DNA of 64,000 bases from positions 38,297-102,296 of the forward strand of contig JBAXPJ010000003.1 of NCBI GenBank assembly GCA_037132335.1, given 5' to 3'. Below are positions 17,759 to 27,925 of the stretch, in pieces. The DNA comes from Sediminibacterium sp. Lineage in GTDB: Bacteria; Bacteroidota; Bacteroidia; Chitinophagales; Chitinophagaceae. The notes under the pieces were generated by a model. That model had not been told where the DNA came from and ran no database searches. It saw only the letters and a program-made list of their open reading frames with translations. The position numbers and the translations under genes were made by a program. Numbering within the stretch: position 1 is the first letter of the stretch; each line of letters starts with the position of its first letter.

Positions 17759-20041
17759 ATGAAAAAAGTAGTCTTCGTAATTTGTTTATTTATGTTGAGT
17801 GCCATTGGACATTCGCAGTTAAATAGTTTCATTTCAGGAAAAGTATTTGATGCCATAACTAAAGAACCTATACAAGGTGCTGTTGTTTCAGCAGTATCAA
17901 ATAAAACTATTAGCAAAGAAAATGGCAGTTTTAGTTTTCAAGCAACTGGTAGAAGTATTACCATCAATGCAGTGGGATACGATTCTAAAACAATTGAAAT
18001 CTCAAATAAAAATTTAGCCATATCACTTTCTCCTTCGCAAAAAATATTAGACCAAGTGGTGGTTACTGCTAATAGAACCAATGAAAAAAGAACTGAAGCA
18101 CCAATTGCCATATCAATTATTAACAAGCAAACAATCGACGAAGCAAAAGCACAAAGAATTGATGCAGTATTAAATAAAGTGAGCGGGGTTTATATGGTGA
18201 ATCTTGGCAATGAACAACACGAAATGAGTATTCGTCAACCGATGACTACCAAAAGTTTATTCTTGTATATGGAAGATGGAATGCCTATTAGAACTACAGG
18301 CGTTTATAACCATAATGCCTTATTAGAAATGAATTTGCCTGCTGCAAAAAGTATAGAAGTCATAAAAGGACCATCATCTGCATTGTATGGTGGAGAAGCC
18401 ATTGCTGGTGCTGTAAACATAATCACACAAGCTGCTCCTGCGTATACTGGAGGCAATATTAGTACGCAATTTAATAATACAGGATACAAAAGAGTAGATG
18501 GTCAAATTGGTAGTACAATTGGCAAATGGGGACTACTAGCAACAGGCTATTATGCAATAAGAAAAGAGGGCCCTGTTGAGCATACTGATTTTAATAAAAC
18601 ATCTATTTCTTTAAGATCCGATTACAAAGCAAATGACCACTTAACTTGGACCAATACCTTGGCTTATATAGATTATTATAGTGATATGACAGGTGCATTA
18701 GATAGTACAAAATATTTTCAAAAAAACTTTAGCTCTTTACAATCTTTTACATTTCGATCTGTTTACGCTTTGCGTTACAAATCTATTTTATCGCAACAAT
18801 GGAATAGTAATAGCGCAACAAGTATTTCATTTTTATTGAGGGATAATTCTGTTAAACAAAATCCTTCTTATTCTATTGGAAGCACCAGTATTGCAACGGT
18901 ATTTAAAGGGCAGATTAACGATAATTCCTTTAAAACAAATTCACTAATAGCCCAACATGTTCAAAAATTTGCTTGGCTTAAAAGTAAATTAGTAGTAGGC
19001 GCAAGTATAGATTTTAGTCCGCAGTCTTACTATGCAAAATTCATTTCCATCACTAAAGATCTTGCCTTAAATAAGTATGTTAGTTACACACAAAAAACAC
19101 CAGATTCTTTATTGAGTAACTATACAACCAATATTAGCAATTTGGCTACCTATATTAATTATGAACTATACCCTTTCATTGGTTTTAAAATAGTTGCTGC
19201 TTTGCGTTATGATGCATTCAAATACGATTATAGTAACTTATTACAAACTGGTGCACCAAGTTCTGTAACTAATTATAATAGGGTTACACCAAAGCTTGGG
19301 TTTACCTATAATATTAAAGGGATTGGCTTCTATGGAAATTATAGCGAGGGATATGTACCTCCTCAAATCACAGAATTATTCAGTAGTAGTATTGTGCCTT
19401 ATTTGGCGCCACAAACATTTAAAAATTATGAATTTGGAGGTTGGCTAGCAATTAGTGGTAATAAGTTATATGCCGATTGGAGTTTGTATAATTTACGTGG
19501 TACAAATGAAATTATTTCTGTGAAATTGCCTGATGGAACTACCCAAAATCAAAATGCAGGTGAAACTGAACACAGAGGTATTGAATATGGCATCAACTAT
19601 CAGCCAAATACACAATGGCATTTTAGGTTTAGTGGAACAAATGCAAAACATACTTATATTAATAATATTGTTAAGGGGGTTAATTATAATGGAAAAGAAA
19701 TTAATGGCGCGCCACATTTTATAGCAAATGCAGAGATATCGTATAAACCGATATTCTTGAAAGGATGTAGCATTGGTGCAGAATGGCAACACCAAAACAA
19801 ATACTTTATGGATGACCTTAATAATTTTACTTACAATGGGTTTGATATTGCCAATATTAGAATTGCTTATAAAATTAAAAAAGCAGAAGTTTGGATAAAT
19901 GCGTTAAATGCATTGAATGCTTATTATGCAGTATATGCAACATCAGCTCCTGCAACTGCAATTGGTGTAAATAATAAAACTTATAATATGGGTGATCCAA
20001 GAGAATTAACCATTGGCCTCTCTTATAAATTTGGAAAATAA
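17759..20041 (+). CDS. TonB-dependent receptor
   Basis: Signal peptide, DQVVVTANRT TonB-box region, IEVIKGPSSALYG...GAVNIIT plug motif, terminal beta strand. Confidence 0.93.
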   Translation: MKKVVFVICLFMLSAIGHSQLNSFISGKVFDAITKEPIQGAVVSAVSNKTISKENGSFSFQATGRSITINAVGYDSKTIEISNKNLAISLSPSQKILDQVVVTANRTNEKRTEAPIAISIINKQTIDEAKAQRIDAVLNKVSGVYMVNLGNEQHEMSIRQPMTTKSLFLYMEDGMPIRTTGVYNHNALLEMNLPAAKSIEVIKGPSSALYGGEAIAGAVNIITQAAPAYTGGNISTQFNNTGYKRVDGQIGSTIGKWGLLATGYYAIRKEGPVEHTDFNKTSISLRSDYKANDHLTWTNTLAYIDYYSDMTGALDSTKYFQKNFSSLQSFTFRSVYALRYKSILSQQWNSNSATSISFLLRDNSVKQNPSYSIGSTSIATVFKGQINDNSFKTNSLIAQHVQKFAWLKSKLVVGASIDFSPQSYYAKFISITKDLALNKYVSYTQKTPDSLLSNYTTNISNLATYINYELYPFIGFKIVAALRYDAFKYDYSNLLQTGAPSSVTNYNRVTPKLGFTYNIKGIGFYGNYSEGYVPPQITELFSSSIVPYLAPQTFKNYEFGGWLAISGNKLYADWSLYNLRGTNEIISVKLPDGTTQNQNAGETEHRGIEYGINYQPNTQWHFRFSGTNAKHTYINNIVKGVNYNGKEINGAPHFIANAEISYKPIFLKGCSIGAEWQHQNKYFMDDLNNFTYNGFDIANIRIAYKIKKAEVWINALNALNAYYAVYATSAPATAIGVNNKTYNMGDPRELTIGLSYKFGK

Positions 20042-20064
20042 ATTATCATCCTATCAAATTAAAT

Positions 20065-21642
20065 ATGAAGCAAATTTATAAATGGCATCGAAAAATATCC
20101 ATCATTATTGCCATCCCTGTTATGTTATGGGCAGCTAGTGGATTTATGCATCCTATCATGACTAGCTTTCGACCAAAGATGGCTACGCAGGTTTTACAAA
20201 AAATAGCAATTGATACAAATCAAATAAAACTGAGTTTATCCGAGGCTTTACAAAATAATAAGATTGATTCTTTCACCAATTTTAGATTTATTCATATTGA
20301 TACAAATTGGTTTTATCAGGTGCAAATTGGTAGAAATATTCAACCAATTTACTTGAGCGTAAAAACAGGCAAAATTTTACGAAAAGGAGATTGGATCTAT
20401 GCGCAATATTTAGGCAAACAATTTTTAGAAGGACAAACAAATCGATCCGGAAAAAAAGACAGTGCTATTGCCGGAGTAGCAGCAATACAAGACTGTTGTG
20501 ATGCCGCCGCCGTTTGTGTATTAAAAAATTCAATTGGGTCAAAAGTTTCAGATGCAAAATTAGTAACTAGTTTTAATGACGAATATAAATCGGTCAATAA
20601 AATACTACCTGTTTGGGATGTGGCTTTTGAAAGAAAAGACGGTATTCGCATTTATGTTGAAACAACACAAGATCGATTTGCGTTGGCAATGGATAATCAA
20701 CGTGCTATTTTTAATCAATTGTTTGCATTAATACATACTTGGGGATGGTTAGAATTTTTAGGTAAAGGAAAACTAATTGTTGAAATAGTATTAAATATTT
20801 TAGCATTAATGACTGTTATTTTTGGACTGATTATTTTCTTTAAAACATCATCTAAAAAAGCCAATGGAAATACAGTAGTAAAAGCTAGAAAAGCTCATAG
20901 AATCACCTCTGTTTGCATTGCTTTTTTTACACTTGCTTTTGTAATAAGTGGAGGTTATCATGTAGCGTCAAAATTTAAGAAAGATACTAGTGCTGATTAT
21001 TTCAACCAGCATTGGTTTAAAACAGCTAGTACAATTATCGATTTAAAGGGAATTCAAACGGCACTTAAATTACCTATTAGTAATATTAGCTTAGTGCATA
21101 TGGATAAAGGGAATTTCTATCAAGTGAATACTGTTTCCTTACATGGCAACAATAGTAAACCTATTGCAAAAGATATGATGAAAAAAATGGTCATGCCTGT
21201 GCCTGCTGCTTCATACTTGCACCTGCCAGACTTAGCCATTCTTAATCAAGGCGAAACCATATATGCACATTATCTAGCCAATCAATTTAGTGGGAATAAA
21301 GAAACCGATATTTCAAAAACCGAAGTAGTAACCAAATTTGCAGGGGAATATGGGTTTGTAAATAAACTTTTACCAGTTATAAAAGTAGGATATGGAAAAA
21401 ATTTAAACGAACGCTATTATGTAGAAACAGCCTCAGGTAAGTTGTCGGTTAAAATTAATGACTTAGACATGTTAGAAGGCTATAGTTTTGCTTTTTTACA
21501 CAAGCATGAATTTTTAACTCCTTTAGGAAAAGGCGTGAAAGACTTTAGCACCATGTTTTGGGCAGCAGCACAAATTGCTTTAGTTACAGTTGGGTTGATA
21601 TTGTTTTTTAAAGTCAAACAGCGGAAAAAGCAAGTCAATTAA
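20065..21642 (+). CDS. PepSY-associated TM helix protein (putative inner-membrane metal/chelate reductase)
   Basis: KWHRKISI...WAASG, LIHTW, AHRITS...ISG and FLHKH His-bearing TM pattern with two periplasmic domains. Confidence 0.82.
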   Translation: MKQIYKWHRKISIIIAIPVMLWAASGFMHPIMTSFRPKMATQVLQKIAIDTNQIKLSLSEALQNNKIDSFTNFRFIHIDTNWFYQVQIGRNIQPIYLSVKTGKILRKGDWIYAQYLGKQFLEGQTNRSGKKDSAIAGVAAIQDCCDAAAVCVLKNSIGSKVSDAKLVTSFNDEYKSVNKILPVWDVAFERKDGIRIYVETTQDRFALAMDNQRAIFNQLFALIHTWGWLEFLGKGKLIVEIVLNILALMTVIFGLIIFFKTSSKKANGNTVVKARKAHRITSVCIAFFTLAFVISGGYHVASKFKKDTSADYFNQHWFKTASTIIDLKGIQTALKLPISNISLVHMDKGNFYQVNTVSLHGNNSKPIAKDMMKKMVMPVPAASYLHLPDLAILNQGETIYAHYLANQFSGNKETDISKTEVVTKFAGEYGFVNKLLPVIKVGYGKNLNERYYVETASGKLSVKINDLDMLEGYSFAFLHKHEFLTPLGKGVKDFSTMFWAAAQIALVTVGLILFFKVKQRKKQVN

Positions 21643-21702
21643 TTCTGCAGATTCATTAACTTTAATAAATAGCTTATTTGTTCAACTTCAAACTTAAATT
21701 GT

Positions 21703-21999
21703 ATGCGTTTTTTTATTGCATTAGTTTTATTGGTTACATTATTAACTAGTTCATGTGATACTGTTACTAGTACTAAAACAGTAACCGTCGAAGACAAGTC
21801 TGTAGACTCCACAAAAACTTACAACATTGCACTAGTAAATAACACAAAAGATCCAGCTTGTGGAATGCCAGTTACAGCTGGTATTGGAGACACAGCACAT
21901 TATAACGGACAAGTACTAGGATTTTGTTCTACTGAATGTAAGGCAACCTTTAAAAAAGATCCTGCCGCTTTAATTGCTGCAGCAGAAATGAAAAAATAA
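21703..21999 (+). CDS. YHS/TRASH-domain lipoprotein (metal chaperone-like)
   Basis: Lipobox-like TSSC; KDPACGMPV...GFCSTECKATFKKDP. Confidence 0.85.
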   Translation: MRFFIALVLLVTLLTSSCDTVTSTKTVTVEDKSVDSTKTYNIALVNNTKDPACGMPVTAGIGDTAHYNGQVLGFCSTECKATFKKDPAALIAAAEMKK

Positions 22000-22000
22000 A

Positions 22001-22043
22001 TACCTAAAAAAACGTTTCAATTTTTGAAGCGTTTTTTTAGGTA
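22001..22043. terminator. Bidirectional intrinsic terminator
   Basis: TACCTAAAAAAACGTTTCAA / TTGAAGCGTTTTTTTAGGTA inverted repeat between convergent genes. Confidence 0.85.
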
Positions 22044-22057
22044 GGACTAGTTATAGT

Positions 22058-25000
22058 TTAGCTAAATAGATACTCCACATCTTCTTTAGTGAGTGTTTTT
22101 ACAAATCCTTCGTCGTCTGTAATTAGATCTTTGGCTAGGTTGCGTTTGCGCTCTTGTAGTTTTAGTATTTTATCTTCTACTGTATCGGTACAAATCATTC
22201 TGTAAGCAAAAATATTTTTTGTTTGACCAATACGGTGCGTTCTATCAATAGCTTGTTGTTCTACTGCAGGATTCCACCATGGGTCAACAATATACACATA
22301 GTCGGCTGCGGTTAAATTCAGTCCCACACCACCGGCTTTTAAAGAAATTAAAAATACCCTACAAGAGTCGTCGTTTTGAAAACGTTGTATAGCGGCTTCT
22401 CTTTCATTGATGGTACTACTGCCGTCGAAATATTCAAAGTCAACTTCTAATTCTCGCATTTTGTCTTTAATGAGCGAGAGCATTCCTAAAAATTGTGAGA
22501 ATATCAGCGCTTTATGGTTGCTAATATTTTCGGTAATTTCTCTGCCAATCTCTTCTAATTTCACAGACACATTAGGAAAGCGTTCTTGCTCTTTTACAAT
22601 AGCCGGACTATCACATATTTGACGCAGTTTCATTAAGCCTTGCAAAATGGTCAATTGCGATTTTTGGATACCTTGGTTTTCAACAACGCCTAAGATTTTA
22701 TCGCGGTAATCGTTACGATAAGCCTCGTAAATTTTGCGTTGCTCGTCGCCCATTTCGCAAAACAATACCATTTCTTGTTTTTCTGGTAAGTCTTTTGCTA
22801 CCTGTTCTTTGGTTCTGCGTAATATAAACGGGTATAATAATTTTCTTAAATGGTCTTTCTGTTCTTTTTCTCCAAACTTATCAATAGGCATAGAGAATTC
22901 GTGTTTAAAAAATTCTACACTGCCCAACATGCCTGGGTTTAAGAAATTCATTTGTGCAAAAATATCAAAGGTGTTATTCTGCAGCGGTGTACCACTTAAG
23001 CACAAACGATTTTTAGACTTTAACAGACCCGCAGCTTTGGTTACTTTACTAGATGGGTTTTTAATTGCTTGACTTTCGTCGAGAATTACATAATCGAAAG
23101 AAACTTCAACAAATTGTTTGATATCACTTCTTAGCGTTCCATAGGTAGTAATAATTACATCAATTTTATCATCCGATAAATTTCCTCTAGAACGTGCACC
23201 ACCATGGTGCATATAATAAGTAAGGTTTGGTGTGAATTTTTTTATTTCATTCTGCCAGTTAAACATTAGTGTTGTAGGGCAAACGACCATAGCTTTTAAA
23301 CTACCAGTTTCGGCTTTTAAATGGTGCAAGAAGCTAAGTGCTTGAATAGTTTTACCCAATCCCATATCATCTGCTAAAATACCGCCCCATTGCACTTCGC
23401 GTAAGTAATTGAGCCATTGAAAACCACTCTCTTGATAGGGCCTTAAAATGGCTTGTAAATGTGCAGGCGCTTCAATTGGTTTGATGCTATGATTTTCTTT
23501 CAGTCTTTCGTATTTCTCTTCTAATTGAAAAAACAATTCTTGTTCATCGCGCTGTAAATACAATTCTTCAATCACACTAAAATGGTACTTGCTCAGCTTC
23601 ATATTGCCTTGCTTGCCATCACCTACCCTAAATAATAAAGAATATTTTTTAATCCATTCTTCTGGCAAAATACCAAGCGTGCCATCGCCTAGTTGTACAA
23701 ACTGTTGTTTGTTGGCAAGCGCTTTTTTAACATCTTCTACCGTTACCCTTTGTTCTCCAAAATTAATTTGAACCTTAGCATCAAACCAATCAGTATTACT
23801 ACTAATAAATATTTGAGTGGCTGGTTTTGCGGTATTGAATCTAAAATTCTTGAGCGCTTCAAAACCATGTACAGGAAGGTTCATTTCTTTGGCAGCATCA
23901 ATAAATAAAAAGAACCAATTGTTTTTTAGTACATCTGCTCCTTTTAATGCTAGAGCAGAAGAATCTGTTGGGTGCACAAATTGCGAATGCAATGATTCGA
24001 TTTTTTGCATCAGCGCTTTTTCTGCGTCTATATTTCTATGAATAATCAATAATCGATCTTCGGCTGGTAAAACAATTTTCTCTTTATCTGTAGATCGAAC
24101 TTCGTAACCTTTGTAAATAAAAATGGGTTGGAATAATAAGTAATCGCCTTTTTCTTTCAACTGAATTTTCCATTCTGGTTGGAGGTCTTTAATTTCTTCT
24201 TTTTTTACATTGCTAAAATGTACTTGGTATTCTTTAGACAAAGGCATTACAAATTGCAATAGTTGACGACTCCAATCCTCGGCTGCAATTTCAATTTTTC
24301 CGGATGGCAAGAATTTCTCTACCTGCATAATATCTTCGGGACGCTTCCAGGTATAGAATTGGTTATGGTATTGGAATATTAAAGAGGATTCACTTTCGTT
24401 CTCAGCAATATTTAAATCTGCCAAAGGAAGTTTTATTCTACAATCAACTATGTATTTGCCATTCGCATAACTTACTTCAAACTCTGGGCTAATAAACTGC
24501 ACACTTAATTCGGCAGGTAATAAATTGGCCGTTGTAAATGTTTTTCGCGGCTGCAAGTAAAATACAAATGGAGATTCCATTAATTCTTCGAACAGCTTTT
24601 TGAATTTAGGATGTAGGTATTCATTAATTAAATGCCTGGTTTCCTCGGGTAATTCATTGTTATGCTGTTGAATGATATTCTCCCAAATACCACTAAATGG
24701 TGAGTTTCTATTTAAATACCTATTCACTTCACCTGGCATTAGTTTGCGCAGTTGTTGTAATAGCATTTTATCGTCTTCACTAAAAATTTCGGTATGAATG
24801 AATTTTGTAAGATCTAATTTAGTTGTTTTTGAAATATATTTAGTTTGTTCTTCATTTGCTTCTCCTTGAACCAATTCTAATGATATATAAGGATAGTATT
24901 GGTCATTAGTAGTAATAACCACAGCAAGTTTTTGTATCGTTTTTTGTTCAGGAACAAAGTCATTTAATTCTTGACTCAAATTTGCTTCTGCTGGCTTAGG

Positions 25001-25819
25001 ACGCAATTCGCCATTTGAATTTAGGGCAACTCTTTTTATTGAAGTATCTAGTACCCGTAAAAAAGGTTTGTTATCGGTATAAGTAAATTCAAATTTATTT
25101 TTTAAGTCATCGGTTAGTGAATAACCATACAAGGCCAAGAGTTTATTTTTTTCTTTATCCCAATTGCGAATGCTATCAAAATAATTAGCACCATAATTTT
25201 GTAATAATTGAAGCAACACAATACTCTTATGCATACATAGCGGATGTTCAGTATCACTATTGCAGGCACAACTCGTATCAAAATTTCTTTCTTCGTTTTT
25301 TTGAATCAATACTTTGTGAACAAAATCTTCGTATTCAATTTCGGCCAATACCCTTTCTTCTTTTGCTTCTAAAATGGTGGCGCGACTGTTTCGTAGAAAA
25401 TTCTCTGCAGCTTCGAAATTTTCTTTTTTAGTGAGCAAACGAATCAACTTCAAGTCTAGTTGTTTCATTTTTACAACCGTATGTTTTTGGTCGTAAACGG
25501 TTTCTTTATCGCCTAATAAATTTTTATCGAGTAAGTCTTGCAAATGAAACAAGGCACCAGCTTTATGGCGGCAGATTTCAGATAAATTATACGGACAGCT
25601 ACAACGCAGCGATAGTGTTTTTGGATCTTTGAATTGTGTAATATGCACTTTGTAAAAAGTAGCATAGCCATCATCCTTTACGCGAAAGACAACCGTTGCC
25701 ATTAAATCGTCGTATTCTAGTAACTCAACATTACCTAATGCGTGAATTTTTTTGCCACGACGAATCACTTCTTCCGTTCCGCTATTGTAAATATGTTTAA
25801 CTAAATAAGGTAGTGCCAT
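22058..25819 (-). CDS. SNF2-family DEAD/DEAH-like helicase with N-terminal SWIM zinc fingers
   Basis: CSC...CRH and CAC...CMH SWIM motifs; LADDMGLGKT, DESQ, SGTPLQN, AGGVGLNL, QAIDRTHRIGQ. Confidence 0.93.
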   Translation of the reverse strand: MALPYLVKHIYNSGTEEVIRRGKKIHALGNVELLEYDDLMATVVFRVKDDGYATFYKVHITQFKDPKTLSLRCSCPYNLSEICRHKAGALFHLQDLLDKNLLGDKETVYDQKHTVVKMKQLDLKLIRLLTKKENFEAAENFLRNSRATILEAKEERVLAEIEYEDFVHKVLIQKNEERNFDTSCACNSDTEHPLCMHKSIVLLQLLQNYGANYFDSIRNWDKEKNKLLALYGYSLTDDLKNKFEFTYTDNKPFLRVLDTSIKRVALNSNGELRPKPAEANLSQELNDFVPEQKTIQKLAVVITTNDQYYPYISLELVQGEANEEQTKYISKTTKLDLTKFIHTEIFSEDDKMLLQQLRKLMPGEVNRYLNRNSPFSGIWENIIQQHNNELPEETRHLINEYLHPKFKKLFEELMESPFVFYLQPRKTFTTANLLPAELSVQFISPEFEVSYANGKYIVDCRIKLPLADLNIAENESESSLIFQYHNQFYTWKRPEDIMQVEKFLPSGKIEIAAEDWSRQLLQFVMPLSKEYQVHFSNVKKEEIKDLQPEWKIQLKEKGDYLLFQPIFIYKGYEVRSTDKEKIVLPAEDRLLIIHRNIDAEKALMQKIESLHSQFVHPTDSSALALKGADVLKNNWFFLFIDAAKEMNLPVHGFEALKNFRFNTAKPATQIFISSNTDWFDAKVQINFGEQRVTVEDVKKALANKQQFVQLGDGTLGILPEEWIKKYSLLFRVGDGKQGNMKLSKYHFSVIEELYLQRDEQELFFQLEEKYERLKENHSIKPIEAPAHLQAILRPYQESGFQWLNYLREVQWGGILADDMGLGKTIQALSFLHHLKAETGSLKAMVVCPTTLMFNWQNEIKKFTPNLTYYMHHGGARSRGNLSDDKIDVIITTYGTLRSDIKQFVEVSFDYVILDESQAIKNPSSKVTKAAGLLKSKNRLCLSGTPLQNNTFDIFAQMNFLNPGMLGSVEFFKHEFSMPIDKFGEKEQKDHLRKLLYPFILRRTKEQVAKDLPEKQEMVLFCEMGDEQRKIYEAYRNDYRDKILGVVENQGIQKSQLTILQGLMKLRQICDSPAIVKEQERFPNVSVKLEEIGREITENISNHKALIFSQFLGMLSLIKDKMRELEVDFEYFDGSSTINEREAAIQRFQNDDSCRVFLISLKAGGVGLNLTAADYVYIVDPWWNPAVEQQAIDRTHRIGQTKNIFAYRMICTDTVEDKILKLQERKRNLAKDLITDDEGFVKTLTKEDVEYLFS

Positions 25820-25894
25820 AAACTATTTCCTAAAGCCGTTTACCGATAATTATGGACATTACTGCCTCACTACCGTTTTGAAAAGGCCAATTTG

Positions 25895-25902
25895 CAAAAT
25901 TA
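25895..25902 (-). promoter_or_regulatory. -7 promoter element (TAATTTTG) for the SNF2 gene
   Basis: TAnnTTTG consensus in the intergenic region. Confidence 0.5.
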
Positions 25903-25969
25903 AAGGAAAGCAAGTTGCTTTTCGATGCTAAATGAAAAGAATTTGACTGATTTTTTAATTTAAAACTGA

Positions 25970-26692
25970 TTAGGCAATCACTAAGTCTCCATTGCGGTAA
26001 ATAGGGAGCACATTTGCAGCATTGGCAGTTACACAATATTCGAGGTCTTTTTCTAATCCAAAAGCGGCTAAACGATGCCAATGGGTTGTTTTTCGAATAA
26101 ACTGATACAGGTCGTTTTGGTGCAATTGGTATAGGTCTTCGGCCATTAAACTGCTATCGCAATGTATGGTAAAGGCATCCTTAATTTGACTAATAACTGC
26201 ACCAGCAAAAAGTGCATCTTCAATATTAATTCGGTCTTTCCAGGCAGAACATCCTAAAATAACATTTTTATTAGCAGCCAATAAATGATTGCAAACAGCC
26301 GATAAATTAGGAAAAGACCCAGTGATAATTTCGGATGCGCCATTTTTTAAAGCCATATGTAAAAGCTTGGTGCCATTGGTGGTGGTCAATACCAAACTTT
26401 TTCCTTCAATAAATGAGCGTGGATATTCGGCGGGTGAGTTTCCATGGTCTAATCCTTCAATCACTTTGCCATCACGTTCGCCTGCTGTTATGCCTCCTAT
26501 TCTGTTGCCAATTTCAATACATTTGTCTACTTCGGCCACAGGAATCACACGGCTTGCACCATTATACAAAGCAGTTGCAATAGTAGAAGTAGCACGAAAC
26601 ACATCAATGATTACTACAATACTATTACTAATATCATAGAGGTCTAATAGTTTAGGAGATAGTACTGTATGTAATACTGGCTTTTGTTGCAT
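25970..26692 (-). CDS. comB: 2-phosphosulfolactate phosphatase family protein
   Basis: VIIDVFRATSTI, GERDG, GNSP, LTTTNGT, IEDALFAG. Confidence 0.88.
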   Translation of the reverse strand: MQQKPVLHTVLSPKLLDLYDISNSIVVIIDVFRATSTIATALYNGASRVIPVAEVDKCIEIGNRIGGITAGERDGKVIEGLDHGNSPAEYPRSFIEGKSLVLTTTNGTKLLHMALKNGASEIITGSFPNLSAVCNHLLAANKNVILGCSAWKDRINIEDALFAGAVISQIKDAFTIHCDSSLMAEDLYQLHQNDLYQFIRKTTHWHRLAAFGLEKDLEYCVTANAANVLPIYRNGDLVIA

Positions 26693-26851
26693 ATTATGCG
26701 AAGATAATTAAAGCGCTGCAAATATGAATTACAGTTTAAATACAAGATCTGTACAATTTGGATAAGTTAAATTTTATATTCTGTTTAACTGTATTTTGCA
26801 GCTAAAATACCTTAATTCTATTTTAAAATAATAACACACAAAAACAATTCA

Positions 26852-27847
26852 ATGTCATACATACCTTCAACTACTAGATATAGTAATATGCAATATCGCC
26901 GCTGTGGAATCAGTGGAATACAGCTACCAGAAATATCTTTAGGGCTATGGCATAATTTTGGAGGAGTAGATGAAAAATCTAATTACCAACAAATTATTTG
27001 GCATGCATTTGATGCAGGCATTACACATTTTGATTTAGCCAATAATTACGGACCGCCTCCTGGCTCTGCAGAAATAAATTTTGGTGAGATATTAAAAAAA
27101 GATTTCAGCCAACACCGCGATGAATTAATTATATCAACCAAAGCGGGGTATACCATGTGGCAAGGGCCTTATGGAGATTGGGGATCAAGAAAATATTTAT
27201 TAGCAAGTTTAGACCAAAGTTTAAAAAGAATGGATCTAGATTATGTAGATATTTTCTATTCGCATAGACCCGATCCTAATACACCACTAGAAGAAACCAT
27301 GGGGGCATTAAGTGCTGCGGTACAACAAGGAAAAGCATTGTATGTGGGTATTTCAAATTATCCTGCAGACCAAGCTGCTAAAGCAATTGAACTATTAAAA
27401 GCATCAGGAACGCCTTGCTTAATTCATCAGCCAAAATATTCTATGTTCGTTAGATGGGTTGAAGATGGTTTATTAGAGGTATTAGAAAAAAATGGGGTAG
27501 GATGTATTGCATTTTCGCCGTTGGCACAAGGTTTATTAACCAATAAATATTTGAATGGAATACCTGCTGATTCTCGCGCAGGAAAAGAACATGGTGCATT
27601 ACAATCATCGGCAATTACGCCTGATATACTCAATCAAATTGCGCAACTACAAATACTAGCAACAAACAGAAATCAATCTTTGGCACAGATGGCTATTGCA
27701 TGGTTATTAAAAGACCAAAGAGTAAGTTCCGTATTAATTGGCGCTAGTAGTGTTACACAATTAAAAGACAATATTGCTGCATTAGAAAATCTACCATTTA
27801 GCGCAGAAGAGTTATTGCATATTGAACAAATATTAATTCAGCCTTAA
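26852..27847 (+). CDS. Aldo/keto reductase (L-glyceraldehyde-3-phosphate reductase, YghZ/MgrA-like)
   Basis: SLGLWHNFG, FDLANNYGPPPGSAE, STKAGY, FSPLAQGLLT. Confidence 0.9.
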   Translation: MSYIPSTTRYSNMQYRRCGISGIQLPEISLGLWHNFGGVDEKSNYQQIIWHAFDAGITHFDLANNYGPPPGSAEINFGEILKKDFSQHRDELIISTKAGYTMWQGPYGDWGSRKYLLASLDQSLKRMDLDYVDIFYSHRPDPNTPLEETMGALSAAVQQGKALYVGISNYPADQAAKAIELLKASGTPCLIHQPKYSMFVRWVEDGLLEVLEKNGVGCIAFSPLAQGLLTNKYLNGIPADSRAGKEHGALQSSAITPDILNQIAQLQILATNRNQSLAQMAIAWLLKDQRVSSVLIGASSVTQLKDNIAALENLPFSAEELLHIEQILIQP

Positions 27848-27925
27848 GGATACTAATCGTCTTCGATCATCATTAACAGTACGTTTAGAAAAACTAACCT
27901 ATTTTCAGCGTCTAAAGCTGTAATA

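Noticed and set aside
22058-25819. SNF2 helicase as a possible anti-phage defence gene
   Set aside because: SWIM-SNF2 is a common standalone bacterial gene, and there are no methylase, nuclease or other defence neighbours.
25970-26692. comB without coenzyme M pathway genes
   Set aside because: Orphan ComB homologs are widespread in bacteria.
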